A stretch of DNA of 64,000 nucleotides from Perkinsus chesapeaki ATCC PRA-425. Taxonomy: Eukaryota > Protista > Perkinsozoa. Under the pieces are notes generated by a model. That model saw nothing but the letters and a program-made list of their open reading frames with translations. It was not told the origin of the DNA and ran no database searches. The translations under genes and the position numbers were made by a program. Below are positions 52,601 to 64,000 of this stretch, piece by piece. Location: contig JAAPAO010000004.1 in NCBI GenBank assembly GCA_013115145.1, forward strand, positions 1 to 64,000, in the 5' to 3' direction. Numbering within the stretch: position 1 is the stretch's first letter; each line of letters starts with the position of its first letter.

Positions 52601-53202
52601 GAGGAGGCAACCGCGGCTGGGAAGGAGCTACCGGGTTGGGGGAGTGGATGGACTGGAGCTGGTAATGCCAGGGGAGCAGGATGAAGAAGGGAGCGTTGTG
52701 GTAGGTATAGTAGAGAAGGCAAAGGATGATGGTAAGGAGGCGGGCGGGAGGAAGAAAAAGAGAAGGTTCACCGATGTTATGGTTAATGAGGAAGCTGTTA
52801 GTAAGAAGGCAGCAAAGAAATACCAGCTCGCACAGGTGATAGCATCACCCCCACCCTCATCCTTCCTGGGTTAATGATTATTATAAGGTGCCTCGATCCA
52901 TTGGGGGTAAAGCAGCTGCATACGAAAGGGAGATGTCTCGACCGTTGGGTCCTGAATGGCATTCAGCTGAAGCACATGAGAGGCTTATTCAGCCAAGGGT
53001 TATCACTAGAGTTGGCGAGGTAATGAATAATACCTCATCGATTAGCAGGGCAGCTTGTGGCATTCTAATATTACAGGTTATTGCACCTTTACAACGATAT
53101 AAGAAATCATTGGATGCAGCAAGCAAGAAGAACATCCTCAAAGCTTATAGTGAAAGGAAGGCTAATGCTCCATCACACCATAGGACTAAGGCCCGAATGT
53201 AA
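49615..53202 (+). CDS. UTP14: U3 snoRNA-associated protein 14, multi-exon
   Basis: MFQEQRKNARLNKIKSKTWHKLQKK, LPGWGSGWTG, YEREMSRPLGPEW...LIQPRVITRVG. Confidence 0.9.
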
Positions 53203-53386
53203 ACGTCATCACCAAACATCGCGGCGTCACGGCGTCACAGCTGTATCGTTCGTACACGTTGTCTTATATTGTTCCTCTATTTGCCAAAGATGGTTATCAT
53301 CACCATCCTTGGCTGACGTACGTTTCCTTTACCATAAAGTGGAGTTGAATGCAGTTGGTTGATGTCAATGGACGGCATGGAGACTC

Positions 53387-54006
53387 ATGTCTTGGTATCC
53401 CGATGATAGCGACTTTAACGCTTTGAGGAGGCTCCTGGTCTTGGCTCATCGTAGCGGGAGTTCGATAAGCATACCTAACCTTTGTACTGGTAAAAGTGGA
53501 GGGGCAGCTAATAGTAGCAGAATAAAGCTGCCAAGAAGAGGCGGAGAAGTAAGGTACCCAATGGTAGGCGGCCCCTTATAGAGTAATATACTTCAGTCAG
53601 AGGAGGAAGTGGCAATGGTTGTTAACTCAGCGGCTAGGCTACTAGCACCGGAAGCATTGAGAGTGCTGGTTAGAGATACTATACATCATGGTTCATGCGA
53701 AGGTGAGGTTTAGTGTCTTCACAATGGAGAAGTCAAGTAGCACCTTCTGGAGAGGACAGCCTTCTGTTGGATGATGTCGAGCGGTTGCTGAGATCAGCCA
53801 GCCTCTCCGCTGGAGGCGACAAGGTGAAGTGGATGGAATCGGAGGAGCTGTGGCCGAAGGAGGATGAAGGAGGTAGAGGGCTGCTCACTGAAGAAGAGGT
53901 CAGATTCTATGTGGAGTGGCTTGAGCTTAAGGGTGGTAAGGCAAAAAAGGAGCTAGGAGATGGCAGGGGTCGAATAGATAAAAAAAGATGGTTGAAAGAG
54001 CTCTAG
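53387..54006 (+). CDS. Small uncharacterised protein, probably multi-exon
   Basis: Two exon-like ORFs between UTP14 and TatD; no family recognised. Confidence 0.35.
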
Positions 54007-54233
54007 TGGCATGCTGTTTATGTTATCATCACTTGGTGCAGTGTTGGCTAATGTCCTGGCGTGGGGAGGAAATGTGGAAAAGTAGAAAGCTCCGAATGAT
54101 ATGGGAATCTTCGAGCAACGCATTCTTGGCATGGGTGTTCATCGAGAGGGATAGTGTTTGGCTTGCTCAACGCGCACGGCAGATTGTTTTCATGCCCTCC
54201 TTAGTAGGAGGCATTTTAAGGTCGACTGCATCC

Positions 54234-55540
54234 ATGAGTGCTCCACGTCGATATATCGACATCGCCGTCAACTTGACTGATGGCATGTTCCAAGGTGTTT
54301 ATTATGGTGGAAGTCAAAAGCATCCACCCGATGAAGAGGCAGTGGTAGGTGTTGAGGTAGCCATGGTCTTACTAATGTTTTCTTAGATTGAGAGAGCCCA
54401 TCTCGGCGGGTGTAGTAAGATGCTTGTATGTGGTGGAAGTCTGAATGATTCCGTTAAGGCAATTGAGCTATGCAAGAGGCTCGATCCTAAAGGCGAAAAA
54501 CTGTACACGCACTGTGGAGGTTTTCGACGACGGTCGGCTGCTTAGGTTTTGTACCGTTGGGGTGCATCCAACAAGAGTCGGGGAGTTTGAGGGAGAGGGG
54601 ACATCTCCCGAGGAACACCTGAATGCATTACGGGCATTGGTAGCTGACAACTTGGACAGAGTGGCGGCCATTGGTGAGATGGGCCTCGATAAAGAAAGGA
54701 CAGAATTCTGCGACTATGATACGCAAGTGAAGTAAGCAGTCCTGATGTTAGGGATTGCGTAACTGTTCTCCGATCAGGTATTTTGAGCTTCAACTGCAGC
54801 TTGTGGAGGAGTTTCGTCTCCCGATGTTTTTGCACATGAGGGAAGCTGGTGATGACTTTTGTAAGTTGATGACGGAATGAAACTTTGTAGTTCGATGATT
54901 GTGTTAGATCGAATTTTAAAAGAGAACGAGAGGAAGTGGTGTGAAGTCGGTGGAGTAGCTCACAGTTTTACTGGCTCTCAAGAGGAGATGAAGCTCATTA
55001 CATCACTTGGGCTGTGCATAGGTGAAGAACACTTAGCAGACTCGGTCGGCAGTAACTTTGTTATTTACTATATTCAGACATGCTATATGTCCAATGACTG
55101 TTTCCCAGTCAGGTTTGAATGGATGCAGTTTGCGCACTGTAGAGAGCCTTGAGAGAGTGGTGCCACACATACCGATTGATAAGATAATGTTCGAAACAGA
55201 TTCCCCGTAAGACAACACAAATGAGCTAACACTGAGGGTCCATAAGATACTGTGACATACGACAGTCACATCCAAGCTATAAGTATCTAGCAAGCAAGCA
55301 AGATTGGTGGTACCACGGTGAAGTGGTGAAAAAAGCCGAGAAGTGGGAGGAGGGTAAAATGGTAAGTACTTGAACGATGGAAGATACGATAGTTTAATGT
55401 CTCAGGTTAAGAGTCGTAATGAGCCTTGCTTGGTGGGGCAAGTGGCGGCAGTCGTGGCATCGGTCCATCCAGCTGGTGATGAAGTCGTTGATGCTGCTTA
55501 TAATAATACTTTACGTGTATTTACCAAAATGAAAAAATAG
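54234..55540 (+). CDS. TATDN1: TatD-family DNase (TATDN1-like), multi-exon
   Basis: YIDIAVNLTDGMFQG.Y, TVGVHPTR, AIGEMGLD, LPMFLHMR, GVAHSFTG, MFETDSP, RNEPC. Confidence 0.92.
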
Positions 55541-55671
55541 ACTCAGCGGCTCACGTGTGTGGTGTTTCTCGGGCCACGTTCACTCCTTTTTCAGTGTGAC
55601 TGCTGTTTGTGGCTTCGCGGCGGCGATATCGTTTATCGCGGCACCCCTCCTCACCTCCTCCTCTCCCGCTG

Positions 55672-58600
55672 ATGTCCCTCCCCCAGTCCCCCGGATCCCT
55701 CCATGCTATAGTAGAGCAGTTGGCCAAAGACCACTCCGATAGGCCGGCCGTCGACGGATTAGATGGTGATCCGTGGTCGTACAACAAGCTCTATGCTAGC
55801 TCCCTGAGAATGGCATCGGTTCTCCGCAGTCGGCTTGCTGGCTGTACCAAAGCTACCCAAGCTGGCTACTCCCTATCTATTGGTCTGTGTGCTCCTAGAG
55901 GCCCCCGATGGGTAGCAGTGTGTGTGGCGGCATCGATGCTTGGAGTACCATTTGTGCCGATGGTTCAAGATCTTCACCCAAATACGAAGAGTGAAGCTGA
56001 GGCGAAGAAGATCAGAGATACCACTGATGACCGTAACCGTGCCATAATGCGGGACATACAGCCAATGGTGGTGGTGGTAGATGATGCCACCACCCCCAAG
56101 GAGACGATTAAGTTGGTTACCTCCTTCGGACAGTGTACGGTCGTCGATATTAATTCGTTGCTTACTGAAGCGACGTGTTCCTTTTCCAAAGCCGTCGAGC
56201 CCCTCCAACCAGTTCAAAGGGAGTCCCCTCTGTGGTGAGTTTTTCCCTCTTTTGTGAGCCATGATCGTTTGTCTTTCTCAGTCTCCTTTTCACCGGTGGG
56301 ACCACGAAGGCTTCTAAGTGCGCGGTAGTTTCCCAAGGCATGCTAGCCCACGAGTTCAAGTCCTACCCGCTCATCGTACCCGATTCCCAACGAGGCATTC
56401 TAATGGGTGGCGACGGCCCTCGAGTTCTCCAGCAATCATCCTCCTACTGGGGGGCTACCTGCATTGGTCAGCTATCGCTCAGTTTGGCCCTTCAAGGGTG
56501 TCTGGTCATGGTGGACGTATCCTCTCAGAGGTCGTTAAGTGTCGGTATATCCTCGACTATGGACCTTCGCTCGATGATCACCAACTTTGCTATCAACGTG
56601 GTTGGTGCTGTACCGAGTCAATTAGCCGCTACGACTTTGGATGATGATGTCGCTAAGAGTATGCTGGCTGTGTTTACGTGGGGAGAGAAGCTCACGACCA
56701 CTATCGGGGACGAATGGAGCTCGAAGGTGAGGCCTCACTTTTTGGAGAGAAATATGACGCGTCCCGGACTCGAACCCGAGTGGCAGTTTCGAAACGGTCA
56801 CACCACGGGAGCCACGCGGCAACAACACCGACGTCATTCGGATCTCTTCGTCTCTTCCCTTTTGTCATGATGAATCTCTTCTTCCATAGATACCTATCGT
56901 CATCGAGCTGCTTGTTGCCACCGAGTACTGGCTTAGCATGTATCGATTAGTCACTCCCTATCCGACTGCTGGACCTGTCTTCACTGTTGTACCGGGTGTC
57001 CGAGTAACAACACTATCAGAGGATGAAGCAACGACTGATATCACCAAGGGAGAGCTCATCTTGGCCGGCCCAAGTGTCACGGAGACGGGCTATGTTGAGC
57101 AGGCGGAGAACGAATGCCTATTTGTTAAAGTCGATGATCGTAGATTCTTCCGCACCAATGATCTTATAGAGGTCATTGAATGGCGTGCCGAATCCGAGGG
57201 ATGTGCCGAGACGCTAAGGTGAGGGCTGTATGCTCTGCACGGTCTCGGATTTCAGCATTGCCAGATATCTCGGGCGAAGCGACATGTTCATAAAACTGGG
57301 AGGACAATGGGTCGACTTGGAAGTCCTCCAGGAGAAGATATCAACATTGCCGTGTGTAAAGGAGGTTGTCCTACTACAACAACAACCGAAGGTGTTGGAG
57401 GCTGCTAGAGGCACGGAGGGAACCCTAGGGGGGTTGAAGTTGGAAGATAATACAGAGCAGCCCTCCGTCCATGCCTTTATCATAATGAAGTAGTCTGAGT
57501 CTTTGTCAACAGTACCACATGTACCCTCTTCCCTCAGACCCTTCCGAATGGCCCCCATGGCTGAAGTCCAGCGTCTCCTACCCAGTGGTAATGTTGTACA
57601 AGTCCACTGGCTTGCATTACAGACTCTTCCACGCCACACTGCAACCGGCAAAGTCGATCGTCGTGCTCTCCTGGGTATGGTATCTGACGGGGATCTGCCT
57701 TCACCATCTGATGTTGAGCTAAAGCGATGCCGAGGCTACCTGGCGAGATGGTCCCTGATCACCGCAATCATCGCTGTCATCCACTACTTGGTTCTCGGCC
57801 TGTCGGGTATGTTCCTCGCCGCCCATTTCAACATTACCTATTGGACTCTAAAGATGGTCCATGGTAACATCTGGCGAATCCTCGAACACGCTAAGCCTCC
57901 CTATATCGCCGATGAGCCCGGTTTACGTTGGGTGCTTCGCTCCGTCCTCGACTGGTCATTTTCGGTTGTAAGGATGATAGCCAGTCAACTGAAGGATTTG
58001 GAGATCTCGATCAAATCGCGTGCGTGCAGTATTGGTGGCATCTTGGTCAGCTTCTCCTTCACTTTGATGCTTACACTAGCAATGGGTCTCCTATCAGATT
58101 CAGTGGTTTGGTCAGTAGCCTGGCAGAGCGCTATCTTAGTTACTTCTGGTTTGTTATTGGACAGCGCCTTTCCGCCGCTTGATGGGCCCTACAGGAGCCA
58201 GCCGTTGTGGTATAGAGCTTGCCATGGTCTAGTGCTGGTTGTTCAGTTCAATCTTTTATGGTGGTTGTCTATCGGGCGGAGTATTGAAAAAGATTCCGGC
58301 AAAGTAGCGGAGTGGACCAGAGATCCTGGAGCACCATGGTGGATGTCATCATGGCTTAGGGACTGCTCCCTCGACATGGACCAGACTACTAGCGCCCTTC
58401 GAGGATACAGCCTACAGAAGACCGATGCCCAAGAGGAGGACTTCCTAATGGACAGTGTGAGTGGTGAAGCTGCCCAGTTTGGTCATTCCAATCCCCTTGA
58501 TTAGGTATTCGTATCACCTCGAGACCTCCGTCATTGTCGTGATCATGATGAAGTTTTTGAGGGCATGTTTGATCAACGAAGTGGATGGACTACAACTGCT

Positions 58601-60906
58601 GATAAGGCCGATGATGGCTACCAGGAATCCTACTATTACAGCTGGATGGACACCCAGCAGCCCACAGATGGCCGGCGTCATCGTGGTCTCCCACCTACTG
58701 TACAGATAACAAACAAAGAGTGGTCAGAGATGAGGAAAGATGCCGTTGATAATATTGAAAGGTGGTTGCAAGAGGGCGAGCTGGAGACCTTCGATGAGGA
58801 TGTTATTGACGGAGAGAGCTACCATATGGCCAAGGAGAACCTGGGGTATGAGGAGAGAAGACACCTTGGCGGTACAGCTCAGTCTACACCAATGGCACAA
58901 CAACAGCTAGAGGTGTCAGAAACCTCTACAACGCCAACGCTTGGTGCTAGAGACGACGATGATGATTCGAGTACTGATAGTGGTGATGATGAATGGTATG
59001 TGAGCGGCAATGATGCTCCAACTTCTACTGTGACGGACGAGATCGAGGCGCCGGCGTTGAAGAGGTCGAAGGTTGGCGGTGGCACTGAGTCACTGGCGCA
59101 GAGGCTGGCACTGCTGGTGGAGAAGCAATTGTCCTATCCGATCGATGACTATGACGCCGAGGTTGTGTCCAGCATCGACTCCTTAGGGGCAGTTCAGCTA
59201 GCACACAGTATAAGAACTGAGTTAAGGCTTACGGGGTTATTATCGGTTGGTGATGTCCTCAAGTGTCGTACTATCAATGACTTGGTCGCAGTAGTGGACA
59301 GTAAGAGTAAGACCGTAGAGGATACCATTGGCAGCAAGAGTGATGATATGTCGAGCGATTCCTTCACTAGACTCTCTAAGGTCCTGGATGCACTCACTGG
59401 AGTTGATCCCAGAGGTCATGGTCCAAAGTCAGCAGCTGGGTTACCTGTACAAGTGTGGGGTTGGCAAGGAGTCTGTGCTTGGATGCTAGAATGGACAAAA
59501 GGCAACGAAGATGATGATGATGACATTGATCTCGTAGCTTTACAGATGGCCGTTCAAGCGGTGGTGGCTCGTCAGGCGTCTATGAGGGTTGTTACTGATG
59601 TTGGTATCGGCTACTTCACTTTCATGAATGAGTGCTTGTCTGTCCAGGGATTGGTCAAGTACATGGCCCTGACCAGAGGGGGTCGATGGCTCTCTTGGAT
59701 TGCTGATGTTGCCTACGGTATTGGTCGGTGGGTCCTGTGGCCTCTATGGGGAAGGATACACCTAAGCTCTGCAGTCGAAGGTCGACCTGGAGCTGTCAGA
59801 GTTCGTGAATTCACTTCTCGTGATACCTTGAGGCGTTGGATCCAAAGCGAGAAGAGGCAGAACTTCCACTCCCCTTTGGCCATGGATATTGTTCTATTGG
59901 ATGAGAGCTATGATGGTTGTGGTCCTGTTAGAACCTTCGTCCGAGTCTTCGTCACCCATGCCTTCTCAGATGGGTTCAGTGTGGTCCCTCTCCTTAGTGA
60001 TCTCAACGAGGCCTACGCCAGTGCTAAGAGAGGTCGGCATAGAGGTCCTCGGCATCGCTTGCTACCTCCCCTCCGAACGTCTGGTCCACAAGTCCAAAGC
60101 GGCAGACTAAGGCATACCCTATTCGATAGAGCACGTGATGTTCATGGTGACACGCTGTATCCATGCTACACTATCGACCACACCACAGTGTCACACTACT
60201 CAAATGGTTTCGGCCACTGTGTGAAGTTGCTACCATCTGTCCACCTAACTCTGCACAGTATCAGTCGTAAGCTTGGTGCTCCAGTGGATGTTGTGATGCT
60301 TGCGGCTATTGTATTGGCATCAGTTCGAGAGAGGGGATGGCGTAAGGTGGCCAAGGCTACACTTGTGGTGCCGTTAAGGGATGGTCCCAGTGAGCATCAA
60401 CTTGTTGGGTTATTCGCTGACCTGAGGAATGTTGATATCCCTTTGGAAGACATCATAGGTGATGATGATGCAAGGAAGCCTTGTGCCAGCAGTGTCCTTA
60501 ACTTTGTAAGTTCGTCTTCTGTCTGATGTGTTTGATTTATTAACCCTCCTTCCGTTAGGTTTTGACACTCCGTCATATGATTAAGTTTCGACGATGGACG
60601 ATACCGACGCCACTGAGCAGTTGTGAGAGGATGTTGGTCAACCTTCTTCCCGCCCAGTTCCCCTCTGGTGGCGAAGGGCGCTTTGAGCAGAATTTGCATG
60701 TCTCCCCGCTGCCTCAAGGGAGCTCAGTAACAGCCACAAGAGCAATGGAGATTGCTTGTGATCAAACCAGTCGAGATTCTTGGGCCCTCCGTTTTAAATG
60801 CCGCGAGCCTGATTATTCTCGGGAAGATCTGTGCAATTGGTTGGAATATTTTCAGGGTGCCATTAGGGACATGGTGGTTGACCCTATGAGACCCTTATAT
60901 CATTGA
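55672..60906 (+). CDS. Single-module NRPS-like protein: A domain, membrane segment, acidic linker, T (PCP) domain, C domain
   Basis: A: LLFTGGTTKASK, GELILAGP, FRTND, YLGRSD..IK.GGQ, TGKVDRRAL. T: IDSLGAVQL. C: THAFSDG, LVGLFAD. In-frame GT-AG introns at 56235-56281, 56727-56889, 57490-57537 and 58457-58504, plus two more near 57220-57265 and 60506-60558. Confidence 0.82.
56755..56820 (-). pseudogene. 66-nt degenerate tRNA-like element, antisense in an NRPS intron
   Basis: GCCGCGT...ACGCGTC-A pairs 6 of 7 as an acceptor stem; A-box-like TGGCTCCCGTGG; B-box GGTTCGAGTCC. Confidence 0.6.
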
Positions 60907-61042
60907 TAACGTCGTCTAGCTTGTTTAATGCGTCGTGCATTAGTAATTATGATAGTTGTCTTTAAATTGCCTTTTCTATTACCCCACTGCTCTTGTGTAT
61001 TGTACACATTCGGGAATGTATTTTGTCAGGTATTTTCACACA

Positions 61043-61933
61043 ATGCTTCCTAAGAAGTGTTCTATTATGATCGCCAGAGGCTTCCATTACAGTGCCAGTG
61101 GGTTCCTCATATCAGTTGGAGGCTTCACTGCTATATTATCCCTCTACCTTCTATCACAAAGTATCGGTCATCCCCTTGGTTCATCTATGGGTCTCTGCTT
61201 TGGTCTACTGTTCTGTGCCGTAGCCATCGCGGGTCTGTTCGTAACTATCAAACGGAATACTTGGTATCTGTCACTACTACTTCTATTGCAAGCTATTGGT
61301 TATGTTTGCTTCTTCGCAGCTGCTGTGACAATGTCAGTATTCATGCCAACACTCACCGGTATGGATGACTATAGTATGCCAGAACTCAATGGACTATCCG
61401 GACAAGATGGAAGCTTCTACCGCGGCACTCGAACGATCTTCCAATACATCTACAAGCATGCTCAGTGCATTGGCGGCGTCTGCTCATCCCGAGATAACGT
61501 GAGCTCATGTACGACGGTTAAATGCAGCTCATCAAAGGATCTCACGAAGACTGTCAATGACCTACTGAACCGCCGTTGGATCGGTCCCGGCTCCGGGAGC
61601 TCTATGAGCTACTGTGCTGGCTCGGCTCTTGATGATCAAGCTGTGGACAATGTGATAGCCTCATCGGCTACTACATGGTGTGGATGTAGCATGGAAGTGT
61701 TCCGATATATGAAACTGTGGTCCCCTTGGATCCTTGCTGTCCTATGGGTAACCGTCTTCTTTATCTCCATAGTTGCCGCTACTACTCTCAAGGCACTATT
61801 CTTGAAGAAGTTCCACTCCTGGAGGTCTGCTATCAGAAGTGTCGGCCGGAGTGTGGGGCGTAGTGTTGCTCGTAGTAGTGACAGCGCTTCGGTATCCCCA
61901 CCTCCCGCAGATGTGGAGTTTGTTAGGCTGTAA
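61043..61933 (+). CDS. Tetraspanin-like protein, intronless
   Basis: Three N-terminal hydrophobic helices, a Cys-rich large loop (CIGGVC...C...C...C...WC) and a fourth helix. Confidence 0.7.
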   Translation: MLPKKCSIMIARGFHYSASGFLISVGGFTAILSLYLLSQSIGHPLGSSMGLCFGLLFCAVAIAGLFVTIKRNTWYLSLLLLLQAIGYVCFFAAAVTMSVFMPTLTGMDDYSMPELNGLSGQDGSFYRGTRTIFQYIYKHAQCIGGVCSSRDNVSSCTTVKCSSSKDLTKTVNDLLNRRWIGPGSGSSMSYCAGSALDDQAVDNVIASSATTWCGCSMEVFRYMKLWSPWILAVLWVTVFFISIVAATTLKALFLKKFHSWRSAIRSVGRSVGRSVARSSDSASVSPPPADVEFVRL

Positions 61934-62191
61934 GTAGTTAATGTTTTATCGATCACCATGTGAATGGGTCATTTCTATCACCTACTTGTCTTGACTATTA
62001 AATGAAGATGCAAATGCTAATGCAAATTATTTTTATTCTCTCTGGCACCGGTAATGCCGGACTAAAGATATTATGAACGCGTGTGTGTACGTGGAAGTGC
62101 AGGACAAACTATCAGTGTTGCTTTGTTATGGGGAGCGGCATGCACTCGTTTGTCCTTCGTTTTCACAGGACTTTTATTAAGATAATCTATC

Positions 62192-63007
62192 ATGTCCAGC
62201 TGCTGGAAAGCATCTTCTCATCTCCTTAATTACCTAGCTTCAACTATCATCTTCATTCTTGGTGGTATTGTACTTGCTACTTGCATTTATCTGTTCATCA
62301 CTTATGGCGACCAGCTTATGAAGGAATGGTGGCTTTGGGTGTCTGTGGCGATTGGTGTGGCATTACTTATTGTAGCTCTTGTAGGCTGCATATCAACCTA
62401 CAGATACAACCGTTGTCTTCTCTCATTCTACCTCATCTTCAGTGGGGTCTTGCTACTAATACTTCTCGTGGTTTCAATCACTGTTACAGTTTACGGTTCG
62501 GCAATTCATTCCCTTCAAGGAGCTAGTAGCGGAAAGTTGTTAGATTTGAAGGGCCAAGAAGCCACCGTTTACAAGATGGTGAGGTCATTCTACTTGAATG
62601 TGTATGAAGAAGCCGGATGCAGCGGTGGTGTTTGTCGCTTTAATGACAATGGTCTCACCTGCACCCAGGTTAAATGCACTGTAAAGAAGGTTGGCGATAC
62701 TTTCAACTACTGGCTAGAACAAGGTGCGAGAGGCCTAACAACTTCGACCTTTGCTTCTTGTTTGCATGGAACTTCTACCCCACATCCCGGTGCTGCTAGT
62801 GCTTGGTGCGTCAGTGATACTACAATCTTAGACATCATTGGAAAATGGGCTTTGACCACATTCATCATCCTATGGGTTGTTACAGCATTTGTATTATTAC
62901 TATTCACATCGAATTTGTCCCTTGTTTTCTGTCAGCGGAGAAAGCGGGACCGGGCTCAACCCATTCGTATCCGAACTGCACGAGACTTTCAGTCTGTCAA
63001 AGTATAA
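62192..63007 (+). CDS. Tetraspanin-like protein, intronless, paralog 2
   Basis: ALVGCISTYRYNRCLLSFY is a typical TM2-TM3 signature; loop CSGGVC...C...C...C...WC; four TM helices. Confidence 0.78.
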   Translation: MSSCWKASSHLLNYLASTIIFILGGIVLATCIYLFITYGDQLMKEWWLWVSVAIGVALLIVALVGCISTYRYNRCLLSFYLIFSGVLLLILLVVSITVTVYGSAIHSLQGASSGKLLDLKGQEATVYKMVRSFYLNVYEEAGCSGGVCRFNDNGLTCTQVKCTVKKVGDTFNYWLEQGARGLTTSTFASCLHGTSTPHPGAASAWCVSDTTILDIIGKWALTTFIILWVVTAFVLLLFTSNLSLVFCQRRKRDRAQPIRIRTARDFQSVKV

Positions 63008-64000
63008 TATCCGATAATGATTTGTTAATATCCTTGAAGGTACTACTCACTTTGTGATTACAACATTACATGCATGATATGAATATCTCAAAGGTATCTA
63101 CTACAGCCTGTGTGCTGATTGTCTGACACTGTTGCGTCTGTCAGTTGTAGGGCATTGGAAGATAGTCCCCTGTGAAATGGTTAATTAAACCACTCAAACT
63201 CAGACTAGTTGTCACGTGTTAAATGAATCCATACGGGACCGTGCTGACGATCGCTCAACTCTTATGTAATTGAGCTCAAGAAGATTCTATGTATTCTCAG
63301 GCTGAGAATATATCGGATCTTCTGGAGCTCACTTAACGTTCCCCTGAGAATCTCAAGCGAACTCTCCAATTTCAACGTTTCTGTCGTGATTACAGTAATA
63401 AGATTACCTCACGAATCAACGCTGTGATGCTCACAAAGCTCAATACTGTATGGTCTTTACTACGACTACCATGTTACATGACGGTCTATGTGTTGGGCGT
63501 ACTCGTCCTGGCTTACCCTGGTATAGGCATGTTTCATGAAGAAGACTAGAGAGGCTTCTGTCAATAAGGTGGTTGCGAACACAGGTTAGAATATAGCATT
63601 TCGTCCAACACGTACAATCATATTGTTAAGGTGGAATAGAACGTCTAAACTTGGCCGGATGAGCTAAGAACCATAACAGTTCGTTGTATCGAGGGATAAT
63701 AGAGGACAGACTTTGACGCCGGCTTCAGTTGGTTGGTGTGTAATCTGTATGGTGAAGGCATGCAATGCATCCATTGTGTTGAAGTGTGCATGAAACCGCT
63801 AACTTTACACTGTCGACCAGCAGGCTGATTTGTTTTAGTGAATGTTGCAGTTTTCCAGCCTTAGCCGATTAGCTGCCCTGTTTCGGGCTTGTTTGTGACT
63901 TGATTTTAGCTTTACATTTCTGACAGGAAGAAATCGCACTGAACACAGAAATCTGATCAGGGTAGAAGCTGAACTCCACATTGTGGAATCAGAAATGACC

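Noticed and set aside
57934-57945. GCTTCGCTCCGT near-match to the intronic 12-mer
   Set aside because: It falls in the open NRPS frame (VLRSV), so it was treated as coding coincidence.

Overview
Gene-dense, intron-rich eukaryotic DNA with mostly 40-60 nt GT-AG introns. It is most likely from a perkinsid alveolate such as Perkinsus; this is an inference from intron style, the subtilisin/cathepsin array and gene content. Because of the introns the ORF track shows only exon fragments, so gene models below were spliced by eye and some ends are approximate. The window holds about 25 protein genes (PGM2, two SLC35F5-like paralogs, Rab6, CWC21, two subtilisins, cathepsin L, tepsin, RBM22, RRS1, kinesin, MtnB/MtnC, PLPBP, sulfite oxidase, UTP14, TatD, an NRPS-like gene, two tetraspanin-like genes), four tRNA genes and a tyrosine-recombinase (DIRS/Ngaro-type) retrotransposon. 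The most unusual signal is that seven introns in six unrelated genes each carry a different tRNA 3'-half (variable region, TTCRA loop/B-box, acceptor strand, discriminator, often a T-run), in either orientation. Two further orientation-independent motifs (TTTCGTGGCG and GCGGAGCGAAGC) are strongly enriched, mainly in introns. Also notable are a single-module NRPS with a membrane segment between its A and T domains, and a probable MtnB-MtnC fusion.
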